DNA of 64,000 bases from Octopus sinensis (GCF_006345805.1 NC_043006.1:3286001-3350000), one strand, 5' to 3'; counted from the stretch's first letter, positions 39,150 to 54,358 are shown. A program made the numbers and translations. Notes: generated by a model from the sequence alone, not told the origin.

Positions 39150-42100
39150 GAGCGATAAAACAGTGCTCCGAAACCTATCCACAAACATCGGAAACATAGA
39201 CATCGCGTGGAGCCAAAAAATAACTAACAAAGGATTGGACTGTATCCGAGTAAGTAATATTAATTGAAATTTATTGCTATTTTCCAAACGAAATGATGTA
39301 TTTTAACTCGATATCATCTCCACCTCTCACACAACACATGTAAACATGCGTGGTACATTACGATCCATCAACACCAGATCATCTCCGGCCCCAAACACCA
39401 TGTACAAAAAAAACTACGAAGAAATTAAATAACACCGATATTATTCAACCCAAGAATAGCAATCGGGAAGTCATTAAACTTACAACATAAAATGTATGAA
39501 AAAATAAGAGTGCAAAGCAATGTGACAACAGAAATGAACAGACCGGTACCCTACGAAAATGACGACCGTCAAAATAATGGGCCGGACGTTGTTCCTCATG
39601 TCCCGCAAATAAAACCAAAACGGCATAAATGGACACGTGAGGAATACATTTCTATCCTACACGCTTACTTTACAGCAGTGCTCTACCCAAAGAACGAAAA
39701 CACAACAACATATACATATAAAATATGGAAGAAAAATAACATAAATAAAGACCTGGATACAGCAATGAACCCTAATAAACTAGCAAACGTACGAAGATAT
39801 ATTCTCAACGCAAAAAAATATCAGAAATAAAAATAGAACATTTAAAAGAAAAAATACATCAGGAAGATGTAGATAGAAGCCACACAACAATGAAAAATAA
39901 TATGAATACTGAGATAGTAAAACAGGAAGACAAACGTAACATTCCCAACAAAAACGATGTAAACAAAAAACAACAAACCCAGACCGTAAAGATGCATAAT
40001 AATGCACGACAAGCAGCAAGCCAAAACACGACAGACAAGCATACGAATGAGTAAGTAAGCAACACAAATCTAAAACCTGGAAACAACGAAGGGGAGCCTA
40101 ATGATTATGACACTATAAAAAGTAGAATAATCAAAGAACTGAAAACTACAGATCTCAAAATGGACCATCGATCATACCTCCCAAAAATCAAAATAGACAA
40201 AAAATCAACATCAATTATAAATAGCATAAACCTAGCCGTCACGGAACTAATAGCCACTGAAACAAATAGCGATATCACTGAGCTAAATGACTTAGTATAC
40301 GCAGCAGCCACTGCAGCCACAAAAGAAGCTGGATACTCACTCAAACCCATCCAAACAGGAGTACCACCACCCAAACAAACCCTGTGGATAAATAGCATCC
40401 AAAACAAAATACAAAAAATGAGAAAAGACCTGTCGATTCTTAACGAAATCAGTAGACAATCATCGCTACTAAGCAACAAAAAGAAAACAAAAATACTCCG
40501 CAAATATAACATCACAGAAAACGATTTACCTGAGATGAAAGAAAAGCTAAAGCAAGATATCCTTGCCAAAGCACAAAGGATCCGCCGGTATGAGAAACGC
40601 CATCGTTTCTTTGAACAAAACAAACAGTTCAACTCCAACCCCAAAAAGTTCTACCAAGAACTTGGCAAAAATAAAATAGACATCACTGCAGCACCAACGG
40701 CAGAAAAAGTGGAAGAATTCTGGAAAGGAATATGGTCGGCGAATGAACAACCAAAAAAAAAAAAGGAGTATTAAAACAACAAACATAGCATCTGAGCAAC
40801 TTTGGACCCCCATAACAACCGAAGAGGTCACCCAGGCACTGCAAAGACTAGGCAACTGGAAGGCACCTGGGCATGACAAGATCCCCAACTTCTGGTTGAA
40901 ATATCTAACAGGAATGCACAAAAAGTTGGCTGAAAACTTTAACAACATACTAGCAGAGCCAGAGACAATGCCTGAATGGCTCACGAAGGGGAAAACCATC
41001 TTAATTCCCAAATCCAATGAGACAGCAAAACCAGAAAACTACAGACCTATAATCTGTCTCCCTACAATGTACAAAGCATTTACTGCAGTAATATCACCAA
41101 GATTAAACAAGCACCTGGACGAAAAACAACCTGTTTCCAGAAGAGCAGAAAGGATGCCGCAAAGGCTCATATGGCTGTAAAGATCAAATAATGATCAATA
41201 AAGCCATAACTGAAGACAGCCACAGAAAGAAGAAAGGCCTCAGTATGGCCTGGATTGACTACAAAAAGGCGTTTGATAGCATCCCCCACACATGGATCCT
41301 CGAAACACTAGCCATTAACAAAGTAGCACCAACAATCATAAAATTCATAGGGCACTCTATGAATAAATGGCAAACAGTGCTACAGCTCCAAACAAAAGAG
41401 GGACTTGTGAAAACCAAAGCCATTCCCATTAGAAGAGGTATATTCCAGGGAGACACGCACTCTCCACTCCTTTTCTGCTTGGCACTGTCACCTCTATCTG
41501 ATATGCTAAATAGAACTGAATGCGGATATAAATGTTACGGTAAAACGATCAGCCACCTTTTATATATGGATGACCTAAAACTATACGCTGCAAATGACAA
41601 ACAGCTGGAAACACTATTAAAGACAGTTCATGAATTTACCAAAGAAATAGATATGAAATTTGGATTAGAAAAATGCGCCAAAGTAACCCTGAAAAGAGGA
41701 AAACTAGTTAAGAGTAGCAACATCACGCTAGATAAAGCCAATGAAAAAAGAGAATTACACCAAAGCCAAACTTACAAATACTTAGGAATCCATGAACTAG
41801 ATAAGACACAACACACACAAATGAAAGAGAAAATAAAAAAAGAATACTATAGACGAGTTAGATCAATACTAAAAAGAGAGCTCAATGCTAAAAACAAAAT
41901 AATAGGTATTAACACTTTAGCCGTCCCAGTTATAAGTTACAGCTACAATATCCTTAACTGGACACGAAATGAACTGACCAAAATAGATAGGAAAACAAGA
42001 AAAATACTGACAGGATCTAGGATGCATCACCCAAAATCTGACATAGAAAGACTATATATACAACGTATAGAAGGTGGTAGAGGCCTTATACAGCTGGAAA

Positions 42101-43024
42101 ACTACTATAAAATAACCACCATAGGACTGCAAAAATATCTACTTCAGAGGGAAGGAAAACTGATCCAGATAGCAGCAAAACACGAGCAAAACAAAAAAAC
42201 TGTTCTCAGTATTTAAGGAAGCTGACAAATACAAACAAGAAATCATACCACCTAATAAACATGATGAAGAAGAAGAAGAAGATGAAGTAACAACAAAAGC
42301 TATAAAACAAATGAAATCCAAACTAAAACTAGAACAGCAACAAACCATGATAAAACGATGGCAAGAAAAGCCCCTTCATGGCAAATACTGGACTAAACAA
42401 AATGCAAAAGAAATAGACAAAGAAAAATCCCAGCAATGGTTGAGAAGCTCAGGACTCAAAGTAGAGACAGTGGGATTTTTAATTGCAGCACAAGACCAAA
42501 GCCTCTCCACCAGAAGTGGTATGGGCACACACCAGAAAATGTCACAGAAAACGAGAAAGCACCCATACTCTGGGATATGCCAATACACACAGATAGCGAA
42601 ATTAGGGCCAAGAGACCAGATATATTTTTCAGAGATCATGAAGAACAAAAATGCTTTCTCATTGATGTATCAATACCAGCAGATGACAACGTGTCTCTAA
42701 AAGAAATGGAGAAACTTTCAAAATACAAAGACCTGGAAATAGAGGTAACTAGAATGTGGAATCTAAAAACAGAAACAATTCCTATCATAGTAGGTGCATT
42801 AGGCATGATAAAAAAATATTCAGGCAAATGCATAACAAAAACACCAGGACTTACAAACACATATAACATACAGAAAATTGCACTATTAGGTACTGCACAC
42901 ATCCTACGCAGAACACTTTCCATACAGTAACCATCAGAGCATCACAACAAATCACAGCACATACCCAAGGCACACAGAGCTGCGCTCGGTAGTGAAGTGA
43001 AAGCACGATATAAAAATAAAACTA

Positions 43025-43027
<3 letters not shown>
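39150..43027 (+). mobile_element. Near full-length R4/Dong-clade LINE (RT + restriction-like endonuclease), inactivated
   Basis: N-terminal KRHKWTREEYISILHAY (Myb-like), WKAPGHDKI, NYRPIICL, DYKKAFDS, GIFQGD, YMDD, YKYLGI, GGRGL, RPDI...IDVSIP...KLSKY; several frameshifts; 3' UTR runs into (AAT)n, with (AAT)n also upstream at 38795-38852; 5' boundary uncertain. Confidence 0.92.
39492..42930 (+). pseudogene. Disrupted single ORF of the Dong-like LINE
   Basis: Consecutive track ORFs 39492-39830, 40160-40774, 40743-41180, 41191-42216, 42311-42700 and 42436-42930 join into one RT-RLE polyprotein. Confidence 0.9.
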
Positions 43028-43098
<71 letters not shown>

Positions 43099-43279
43099 TA
43101 ATCCTCTCTACTGTATGAACAGGGCCTGAAATTTTGAGTGCGTAGTCTAGTCGATTCGACATATCGAATAATGAGAAATGATAAGTAGTGTGGGAGAGTA
43201 TCGGTTGAGAGACTGTAACCGAGTTAGAATGACAGACAAACAGATAGATGGATAGATAGATAGAGAGATAGATGGATAG

Positions 43280-43438
43280 ATAACGGGCTTTTTTCAATTT
43301 CCATCTACCAAATCCATTCAAAAGGTTTTAGTCGGCTCGAGGCTATAGTAGAAGACACTTGTCCAAGATGGCATGCAGTGGTACTGAACCCGAAACCAAT
43401 TGGTTGGGAAGCAAACTTCTTATCGCACAGCTACGCCT
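43280..43438 (-). mobile_element. SINE family A, head half
   Basis: Matches the family-A head. Confidence 0.75.
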
Positions 43439-43567
43439 ATATATTTTTATATTTTTCTTTCTTGTGTTTCAACCCAAAGGCTATGGCCATACTGGGGCAC
43501 CGCCAGTGACATAGATACAATGATACAAATAACATATATATATATATATATAATATATATATATATA

Positions 43568-43750
43568 ACGGGAAGCTTTATGAAAATAGACAAAATACGA
43601 AGGCAGGTGGGAAACAAACAAACAATTGTATTAGTATGGCGCTCAGGAAATATAAATAAAACAAGTCTTTAACGTTTCGAGCCTACGCTCTTCAACAGAA
43701 AGATACACAGAGAGAAAAGAAACACAGAAGGAAGGAGAGAAAAAAAATGC
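43568..43750 (-). mobile_element. Penelope-derived terminal fragment with variant hammerhead-like motif
   Basis: Near-identical to 59773-59950; (TA)n flanks. Confidence 0.72.
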
Positions 43751-44047
43751 GTATATATATATATATATATACATAATTATTATTTGAGGGAATATTATAT
43801 ACGTTTTTATTATTATTATTATTATTTTATTATTTATTTTACTTATTTAATTATTATTTTTTGCAATTTACTTAATCATTGTCATTTTATTGTTATTTTA
43901 ATTTTTAATATTTCTATTATATGTAATTTTCTAGATGGTGAAATTCAATTGTTCATTTTGAATCGATAAAAGGTGTTATTTTTCTAATTTATATATATAT
44001 ATATTATATTAAATTAGAGGTAAAACCACTATTAGGCAAATATATAT

Positions 44048-44081
<34 letters not shown>

Positions 44082-44962
44082 CATATGTGTGCATGTGTGT
44101 GTTTGTGTGATTGTATATGTGTGTATGCATGTAAGTATGTATCTTATTCATATACACGCACACACATGATTATGCATTCAGATAGAGAGGCAGAGAGACA
44201 GACAGACAGACAGATGGATAAGAAATAAAACAACGAAAAAGGTATCGTTAATTGGAGAAGTTTTATGTTTTATTTATATAGGATGAAGTTTTAAGTAGAG
44301 AAGTGATAACACATCTCACACCTGCCAATAGCTGCCAATTATGTATTGTGAAATCTATGCGTAGCAGAATTCGGTTAGTTACCCATGTTGTTATTTGATA
44401 GTGTCTTTTGTGGTGGTGTGTCTGATGGTGGTATTGGTGGTGAAGGTAGATGTATCATGGCTATAAGGAATTGTATCTAGTGTGACAGAAGGGATGGAAG
44501 AAATGAATTGAGGTGAAAGTAAGAAATGGGGAGCTGTACAGAGAGAATGGTTAATGATCTATATCAGACAATACGGGTGATAGGAATAAAGAGGTAGATT
44601 TTATGGAGTGACATTCTGCAACTGAGTGGGTATGAGTGACGAGGGAAAGATAGACAAAGAGTGAGAGAGACAGAGGAAAAGGGAGGGAGAGAAGGAGAGG
44701 ATGAGAGGGAGTGTGGTGTATGTGTACGTGAAAGTGCGGGAGGAAGGCGAGAGACTGAAAGAAAAATGAAGAGACTGACACCTAGCTGGCTAAAGTAATC
44801 ATAATATAGATAGAGTGATAGATTAAGAGTGTAAATAGACACATTGTTGTGTGTGCGCGCGCATGTATACCTCAGTATATATGTATATGTGCATGTAAGC
44901 ATATATATGTGTATGTATGTATATATATATATATATTATATATATATATTTGTAAATTTATC

Positions 44963-45030
<68 letters not shown>

Positions 45031-45279
45031 TATATATATAATATATATATATTATATATATATATATATATATACATATACACACACATATACATATATC
45101 ATATATATGCGGATATATGTGTGTATATATGTATTTGCGTGTGTGTGTGTGAGTGTGTTTATATATCTATATAAATAAGTATTCATATGAATGTGTCGTA
45201 TATATGCAGATACATGTATACAGGCATACATACTTGAAGATACATTTACAATCACGCACACACATACACACACACTCAC

Positions 45280-45312
<33 letters not shown>

Positions 45313-45507
45313 AACGCACATATATACCATAGATAGAAATCGTGGTTGTGATACAACACAAAGTTATCTAAGTGTTAGAGGAGAGGATACGGTTTAAGGT
45401 GAAAAGAAATAAAACGTTTCTCACAACTCAACGAAAGATTAGCAGATTGATTTTTAAAACTTTAAGTCAGTGTGTGCGTGCGTGTATGTGAAAGAGTATG
45501 CATGTGC

Positions 45508-45546
<39 letters not shown>

Positions 45547-45773
45547 AGTGGGTGTGTAAGTCAGGATGTTTATTTTGTTCTTTATGTTGTTTATTTGTTG
45601 AGAACAACATCTTTTGATGGAGAGTGAGTGTTAAATCAAAATGTCATTGTGTGCTTTTTGCTTCACTGCAAATGAAGGAAATGGTAGTCTGGAGAATTCT
45701 GTGCGCGCTTGTGTGTGTGTGTGTAATGTATAGATGTATTTATATATATATATATGTATATGTGTATGCATAT

Positions 45774-45819
<46 letters not shown>

Positions 45820-45945
45820 TATGTACGAATGTATGTACACATGTATGCATGCATGTATATATGTATGTATATATATGTATATATATGTATATATATATAT
45901 ATATATATACATATGTACATGTATATATGTACATGTATATATGTA

Positions 45946-45994
<49 letters not shown>

Positions 45995-47333
45995 CATATA
46001 TACATATATACATGTACATATGTATCTCTATGTAAGTATGTATTAATGTATGTACATATATGCATACATACATGCATATATATATATATACAAATATATG
46101 AATGTATGTATATATGTAGGTAGATTGGTAGGTAGGTAGCTATACACATCACCTTGGAAAACAACTATTGAGTAAGGTTTTATGGCAACTAGTGTTAGGG
46201 AACGGACTTCAGCCGGAGGTGAAAGTATACAGTGTTGATAATTGGACGGGGTGTCCTGATTCCAACGACGCGGAAAGTCGAGGGGAAATGTGATTGAGAG
46301 AGAGAGAGAGAGAAATGGGGGGGTGAAGGGAAAGAAAGAAGGAATGATAAAGAAAGAAGAGAAGTGAGAGAATGTGATAGAATATACGCTAATTGAAGAT
46401 ACTGGCAATGAAATTGCAAGAAGGGGACAAGAGTTTGTTACTTTTTTATTGTTTAAATTCTTAGCGGCATGAACAACAAAAAGGACAACAATAACAACAA
46501 GACTATTGGAAAGAGAATAGGGTGAAAGGAAGAGATAATGAGAGAAAAGTGAAGAGAGAGAGAGAGAGAGAGAGAATGTGTTTGGAATTAGAAGTGATAG
46601 AGATAAGTTGAGAGGTAAGGAGAGGATGAGAGGGGAAGAGAATGTGAGTGTGCGAGAAAGAGAGAGGGTGAGTTTAAGAGAATTTGGAAAGTAAAACAGG
46701 AAAGGAGGAAAAGAGGAGAGAGTGATGATTAGTACGAAAAGGGTTAAATGAAAAAGAACAACAACAAAAAAAAAACAACAGTTCAACAGTAAACGTTCTA
46801 AAATTTGGCTTCAGTGAATGAGACGATGGCACATCAGTGATGATGATGATGATGACGACGACGACGATAATGATAATGATGATGATGAGGAGGAGGAGGA
46901 GGAGGGGGAAGAATAGGGAGAAGAGGAGGCGGAAGGGGAGGGGGAGGGGGAGAAGGTGATTATGATGATGGTGGTGGTGGTGGCGGCGGCGGGGATCGGG
47001 TTGTTGATAATAACTGTGACTAAAATGGCGTTTTTGAAAATCGAATGCTTAGCGTTCAGCGATACCATTTCAGTGATATTAAACGTGGACAGAAATTTAG
47101 TCAATAGGCCTTAGCATATGATTGTTTATTTCAGATAAAAATACGCTCTTAATACAATTGCGGACTCTAAAGTACGGTAGTACAATATGCATTTTAAACA
47201 ACTTTGATGATCCCAGACTGTGGTAGTACAATATACGCTTAAATACTTTTGAAGCCTCCAGAGTATTTTGGTACCTTATACATACCTAATAACATCTTTG
47301 ATGATTGTATTACTATTGTTTATATTATTATTA

Positions 47334-47410
<77 letters not shown>

Positions 47411-47436
47411 GTTATTATTATTATTATTATTATTAT

Positions 47437-47974
47437 GTTTTTTCCTTCTTTCTTCAAATTTTCTTCCGTTTCTCGCCGAGTGTTTTCCATACACCTAGGG
47501 CAGAGAATCTCAATAAGCCGTTCCAGTTAATACGATTTTTTGCACTTCCTGTAGGGATGGTAAGCCTGGAATCATTTTCAAATAGGTTTCAGTACCTTTT
47601 TTTATCATTCCTAGAGATCCTACAATCACTGGTACTGTAGTCGCCTTAAGATGCCACATTTTTTCAATTTCTATTAGCAGGTCTTTATATTTACTCATCT
47701 TGTCAAATTCTTTCGCCGCTATATTGTGATCGCAAGGGATACTCATGTCAATTAATAAACACATCTTTTTTGTCTGATCTTTTATAATAATATCCGGTTA
47801 ATTAGCTTTTATAGTCTTGTCGGTCTGTACGGGAAGTCCCATAGAATCGACACATTTTCTCCCTCAGTTACAGCTTCAGGATGGTGTTCATACCATTTGT
47901 CAGCGGTTTTGATTTTATAATACCGACATATTGTCCAATGTAAATACTGGCCGACTCTGTCATGTCTTGCTTTA
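47437..47974 (-). mobile_element. 5'-truncated Dong-like LINE in (TAA)n
   Basis: RHDRVGQYLHW...KWYEHHPE...PDIIIKD...IDMSIP...KMSKYKDL...PVIVGSLG; (TAA)n on both sides. Confidence 0.9.
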
Positions 47975-48043
<69 letters not shown>

Positions 48044-48329
48044 CATTATTATTATTATTATTATTGTTACTATTATTATTATCATCATCATCATTAAATT
48101 CCGGCGAGGTGGACTTCGTCTTTCATCATTTCGAGGTCTTTAGAATATGTATCGGTTGAACGCTTGCGAAATCAACTTACCCTTTTCCACCGAAATGCTG
48201 ACTTATGGCTAAAATTATAATAGAATAAGTACCAGACATAGACAAAGAGTACCGGAGTCGATTCATTCGACTAAAACCTCTGCAAGGCGGTGCCCCAGCA
48301 TGGCTACAGTCTAAACAGATAAAAATAAA

Positions 48330-48698
48330 TGATGGATTAGAACAGGCAGTCCACTTCCCTGGCCACCTAGATCACCAGATGTAACACCTCTAGGCTTCTA
48401 CTTTTGGGACTATATTTAAGACAGAGTCTGTTGTACAAAAGTTCAAAACCCCAACGAGCTCAACGAAAAAATACGCCGAGCCATATACCACATTGATAAG
48501 AGGATGGATGCTCCAAGGCACATGGTCAGAAATTGAGCAACATCTAGATGTGTTGCTTGCAACCAAAGGAACCTACATGGATGTGTTCTTATTGTTCTGA
48601 TAAAATCTGTTTTCCAATAAACTCTGCTGAGTTATCCTTGGTTTTCGTATTTTTCTAAAATTTTCAAATTGTAAAGGTGATTTACGGACGCCGGTACA
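48330..48698 (+). mobile_element. Tc1/mariner-superfamily transposase 3' remnant
   Basis: WIRTGSPLPWPPRSPDVTPLGFYFWDY (WPPRSPDLTPLDF motif); TIR-like end TTTACGGACGCCGGTA. Confidence 0.75.
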
Positions 48699-48764
48699 CC
48701 CAGTCACTGCTAAAGTAAAGTAATAATTGCAAGAGGCGAATAAATTAATTTACTGCAAGGACGA

Positions 48765-48925
48765 GGGCAGCAAGTTGGCACAATCCTTAGCACGCCGGAC
48801 AAAATGCTTAGCGTAAGTTCTTCCGACTCTGAGTTCAAATATCGCCGTCGTCGACTTTAGTTTTCATCTATTCCAGCTCTATGAAACAGATACTGGTTGA
48901 GCACTCAGGCCAATGTAATCTCTCC
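48765..48925 (+). mobile_element. SINE family C, degenerate
   Basis: TTAGCACGCCGGACAAAATGCTTAGC...GAGTTCAAAT...GTCGACTTT. Confidence 0.7.
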
Positions 48926-49645
48926 TTCGAAATATCAATCATGATAGAAAGAAAAAGAAATTTCCTTCTTCAAAATCCCAATTCTGATAGGAAGGAAAGG
49001 AATACAGTTAGTATGTTTAAAGAACAAGGCATTTACGCGCTGACAAGCTGACAAGAAATAGATATCCAATGGCTACGAACAGATAAAAGAAAATTAATGT
49101 TATTTTCATGAATCCTGGACAAGTATGGGAGATAACCTTGGGCAGGTTTTGACTATATTCGGCTTTCCACAGCTAAGCGCAAACTTCACCCTGCTTGACA
49201 AAGTAATGGCGAAAAAATCACGAAACAAATGTACAACATTGTACATTATTTGACGTAAGCTTGATCGTCTTCTTTGCACAAATATACCAAACCATTTCAT
49301 GAACTCACCTGTTGACAAATTACTATTGCTGACAGAGGCCATCATCAACTTACTGAAATTCTGGGATTCAACCTATTCATATGAGCGTCTCCACGTTCAG
49401 TCTTCTGTAACTTTTGAAGGGAACATGAAGAAGAACGTGAGCTTCGCACAAATAAATTAGTTAATTATTGTCTCGCTCAGTCACTGTTTCACTGTCTGTC
49501 TCTTCGTCTGTCTTTCTCTGTCTGTTTCTTGTTCTGCGCCTCTCTCTCTCTCTCTCTCTGTATATATATATGTGTGTGTGGTGCGTGTGTGTATTTATGT
49601 ATGTGTGTATGTAAATATACGTGTATATATATATATATGTATATA

Positions 49646-49689
<44 letters not shown>

Positions 49690-51001
49690 ACATATATTTA
49701 CATACATACATACATAAATACATATATCTTATATATATATGTGTGTGTGTGTGAGGGCGTGGGTGTCAGTATATATATAATATATATATATTATATATAT
49801 ATATATACATATATATATATGTATATATATTATATATATATATGTATATATATATATATAAAGTGTGTGGATGTGGATGTGTGTGTGTGTGTGTATATAT
49901 ATGTATGCATGCATGCATATCTGTATTTCCACATACAAAGTCACACATGTGTATGTGAGTACGTGTGTGCGTATGTATGTACGTAGGTGTGTGTATATAA
50001 TGCTACGTTGTTGTTTGTATGCATGTATGTGCTCGTGTATATTATTAAGGCAGATATAATCCATTTTCTGTTTTATTTGGTTTACATACAGGCCCCGAAA
50101 TATAACATGTTCCGGTGACAGATTAAATATTAGCTGGTTGGTGCCGGACCAGTAAGTAATTTTGACAGTCGGTGGTGTAAAAACCAGCCGGGATGATTGG
50201 AGTATAGAGTAGAAGAAATAAATGAAGAACAAGAGTTGAAGACAGGAAAAGAAAAGAAAAACAAAAACGGATAACAGCATTTCTATAACAACAATAATAT
50301 TGATTCCATGCATAAAACTAACGATTACTTACATAATAGATACTAATAAGAATGAAAATAATAATAATAATAATAATAATAATGATACTGGTGGAAGGTT
50401 GGCTGGTGGGTGTTGGGAAACTAGTTTTCTGCACTGGTTGACACAGCTCAATACTGTGACACATTAAGCGGCAGCAACGTTGTTTATTCATAGACGTAAA
50501 TGGCCGAACACGCAAGCATTGTTGTAGAGAGTCAATAGAGACACATTATATGTGAGTGGAATATCGAACAACTATTTAAGACATTAGAAGAAGTGTTGGG
50601 CGGTCGATTTTCGCCCCTTTTATTGACAATATATATATATGTAGGCATGTAAGTATATATATGCATGTATGTATGCATGTACGTACGTACGTACGTATGT
50701 ATGTATGTATGTATGTATGTATGTATGTATGTATGTATGTATGTATGTATGTATGTATGTATGTATGCATGTACGTATGTATGTATGTATGTATGTATGT
50801 ATGTATGTATGTATGCATGTACATACTTCCAAACACATATACACACACACATATATGTGTCTATATATGTGTGTCCGTGTAAGCATGTGTATATATAAAA
50901 ATATACATACACAATGTGGATAAATATATATATGTATGTATATATATATACACACATATATATAAACGTATAGATACGTATATATGTATATATATATATA
51001 T

Positions 51002-51058
<57 letters not shown>

Positions 51059-51328
51059 CATACATACATACATATATATATGTATGTATAAATATATATA
51101 TATATATACACACACGTATCTATGTATATATAATATATTGTACAAACAGCTATACCTTATCTATCAGCGTATTTGTGTATTGATTAGCAAATATTTTCAT
51201 CATGTATATACACATATCTAATATCACAGCTACATGGATCTAGATTCATGGCGCTTTTGAGCATAGGAAACCGTGCGGATTTTTGTGTCTCTATGTGTGT
51301 TATATCAAAACGTATATGTGTATGTATG

Positions 51329-51362
<34 letters not shown>

Positions 51363-51526
51363 TTATGCATGTATGTGTGTGTGTGTGTCTGTGTGTGAGG
51401 GTGTGTGCATGTCGGCTATAAGAGCATAAAATAAAGGTATGTTTATCTACCCGAGGAAGCAAAAATGTATAACAGTTTTGTCTGAATTCAGCATGTAGCA
51501 TTAATAACCGAGACACACATGTTCCA

Positions 51527-51562
<36 letters not shown>

Positions 51563-52017
51563 ACACACACATACACACTTACACATGCATACGCGCACAA
51601 ACTCATACATACTTATAATACACACTCACACATATGTATGTGTATATATATATATATATATATATGGTGGGATAACCTATACAGGTTCCTGCAGGTTCTG
51701 GCAGACCAGGTTCATCTTAAAAGCTTTACATTGTGAATACTTTTGAAGTGATATCTAGGGGCATCAGAATGTCACTCAATGTGGGAAAGAGTTGACCAAG
51801 CTGTATCCGGATGTGGGTATTTTATTTGATATACTTCGAGGAATTTCCCCAGATGCTTAAATATTACCAGATGTTAGTCTTCGATGATTTTATTTGGTAC
51901 AAAAAGTTTGAAGCAGATAAATAAAGCAATCAAAAAACAAAACGGTGTGGAGTGTGTCGCGATGTTTTCATGTTATGTGAGCTCGAAATTTTGGGAAGAG
52001 TGTTAAGATGAAGGATC

Positions 52018-52533
52018 TTAATTTCGGGATGATTCGTCAACTCCATCAAAGCATCGTTTGGTCCATACAGTTCTGATCACATCTACTGAACTCATATTTT
52101 TTCCGTCTAAATGATTTTGAAAACTGCAGAATAAATTACAATCAGAAGGGGAAATGTCCAACGAATATGGTGGGCGGGGCATCGTTTCCCATTCAAACTG
52201 CTCCAGCATTTGGAATGTCATCGTCGTTGTAGGTGACCGAGCATTATCCCGATCTCCATATACTACATTGATATTCCTCGCGCTTTCCGTTATGTTGTTG
52301 CCTTTATTGAACTCATAAAGCAAAGTATGCCTAATATGCTCTTTTGTCACTCCCATTATAGCTTTGAAAAATAGTTGTTAACTGCAATCTTCAAAACTTG
52401 CACTAAGAATAAGAACAAGGTAAAGTTACTACCAGCTTTTATAGCAAGTTAATGCAAGTAGTATACCTGGCCCTACTCCGACTTTTAGTTCATGCAATTG
52501 AAAAAAAAGGCATTATTTATGGGATGACCAAAT
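52018..52533 (-). mobile_element. Internally deleted mariner transposon
   Basis: N-terminal HTH (KEHIRHTLLYEF...VYGD) fused to C-terminal DNARSP...PPYSLDISPSD; TIR-like TTTGGTCATCCCATAAATAATG at 52511-52532. Confidence 0.85.
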
Positions 52534-52552
52534 TTATATAGATAGACAGATA

Positions 52553-52619
<67 letters not shown>

Positions 52620-52639
52620 ATATATATATATATATATAT

Positions 52640-52747
52640 TACTTTACCTCAACTGGTCCAGCCCTCTTTAATACCATACCAAAATACGTCAAAACGGAAA
52701 CGGATCCCATAAAATAGAAATGTTCATTGGACAAATTTCTTCAAAAA

Positions 52748-52750
<3 letters not shown>
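52640..52750 (+). mobile_element. Short CR1/L2-type LINE C-terminal remnant
   Basis: FTSTGPALFNTIPKYVK...SLDKFLQKI. Confidence 0.55.
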
Positions 52751-52786
<36 letters not shown>

Positions 52787-53124
52787 GTTATTATTATTAT
52801 TATTATTATTATTGAAGGAGGCGAGCTGGCAGAATCTTTAGCACGCCGGATAAAATGCTCAGCTGCATTAAGTCTGTCTTTATGATATGAGCTGAGATTT
52901 CACCGGGGTGAGTATGACTTACATGCTTTCGGATGCATTTCATCTACGGCTTCTACCACTTCCACCACTTTTGCTATAACAAATTCTGAAGCTGGTGTTG
53001 CTGCTACTGATACCAATGCTTCTACTAGTGAGGCTGATACAGACACAACTCGGGAAGTGAAGAAGTCTTTAACGTTACAAGCCTAAATAGTTAGACATAC
53101 GGAAACAAAGACTGAGATAGATAT

Positions 53125-53161
<37 letters not shown>

Positions 53162-53162
53162 C

Positions 53163-53213
<51 letters not shown>

Positions 53214-53265
53214 CAGATAGATAGATAGATAGATAGATAGATAAATAAATAGATAGATAGATAGA

Positions 53266-53307
<42 letters not shown>

Positions 53308-53322
53308 GATAGATAGATAGAT

Positions 53323-54218
53323 ATGTTTCTTTATTAGCCACACAGGGCTGCACACAGATAGAACAAATTACAAGGTAGAGCTTTTCTTTTGAAGGTTTAA
53401 AAAAAAAAAAAGGAAGGGGGAGTTTCGATCAAAAGGGATCGTAAAAGGAGAGAAAGAGGACAAAAAAAGGGGGGTTAAAAAAAAGGGGAGAGGAAAAAAA
53501 AATTGATCAATAGGATCGTTATCACAGAAATGTCAATATGAAGTGTAAAAGGGAGGACAGGTGAGGTTTACCCGTGGAAAGAAAAGCCTACGGAAAAGAC
53601 CACGGTAACCTCGGTCAATGAAGTCACATTTTATATTCTTTTTTTTTTTTTTTTTTGCAAATAAGCAACTCTCTGTTTTCGATTTCTGGGTTCATAGGAC
53701 TATGCTCAAGGTGGCTTCGTCATTCATACGTGCCATTCTTGCTACATTCACCCATCTTTTTTTAAAACATTCGCTAGACAAAACTTGCCTCTCTACTCTC
53801 ACTTTCCTTTTCAAGTGGTACTTGAAGAAGTTGATGAGAGATTGACCAGAGAGGAAAGTGTTTGTCTCCAATCCTTTCAGACGCGTCCACCAGATACATT
53901 CTTTCGCCATAGCCACAAGGATGATGAAAATAGCTCTTCCTTCCCGTTTGAAGGAAGGAGGCGTGACAATATTGACGATAGACTCAGCTGATAAACCGAC
54001 TCGTCCCACACGTGACAGCAGTTGTTCGACATAAGTCCACAGGTCGGAAATTGTTGGACACTGAACGAGTGCGTGCAGAACGGTTTCGTCGCTCTGACCG
54101 CATCTCGGGCAGGTCGGCCCCGTGTTTCTCGAGCCGTGTCTGTAGAGCTTATCCCGAACGGGTAGCGCTTCTCGGTAGCACTGCCAGGCCAGGGATCTCT
54201 GGAAGTTGTCCATGGGCC
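53323..54218 (-). mobile_element. 5'-truncated Tx1/L1-clade LINE inserted in (GATA)n
   Basis: Uninterrupted 173-aa zf-RVT C-terminus ([12 protein letters not shown]...[18 protein letters not shown]), pyrimidine-rich 3' UTR, AATAAA, then (TATC)n; GATA repeats on both flanks. Confidence 0.9.
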
Positions 54219-54273
<55 letters not shown>

Positions 54274-54291
54274 CAGACAGGTAGGTAGATT

Positions 54292-54358
<67 letters not shown>

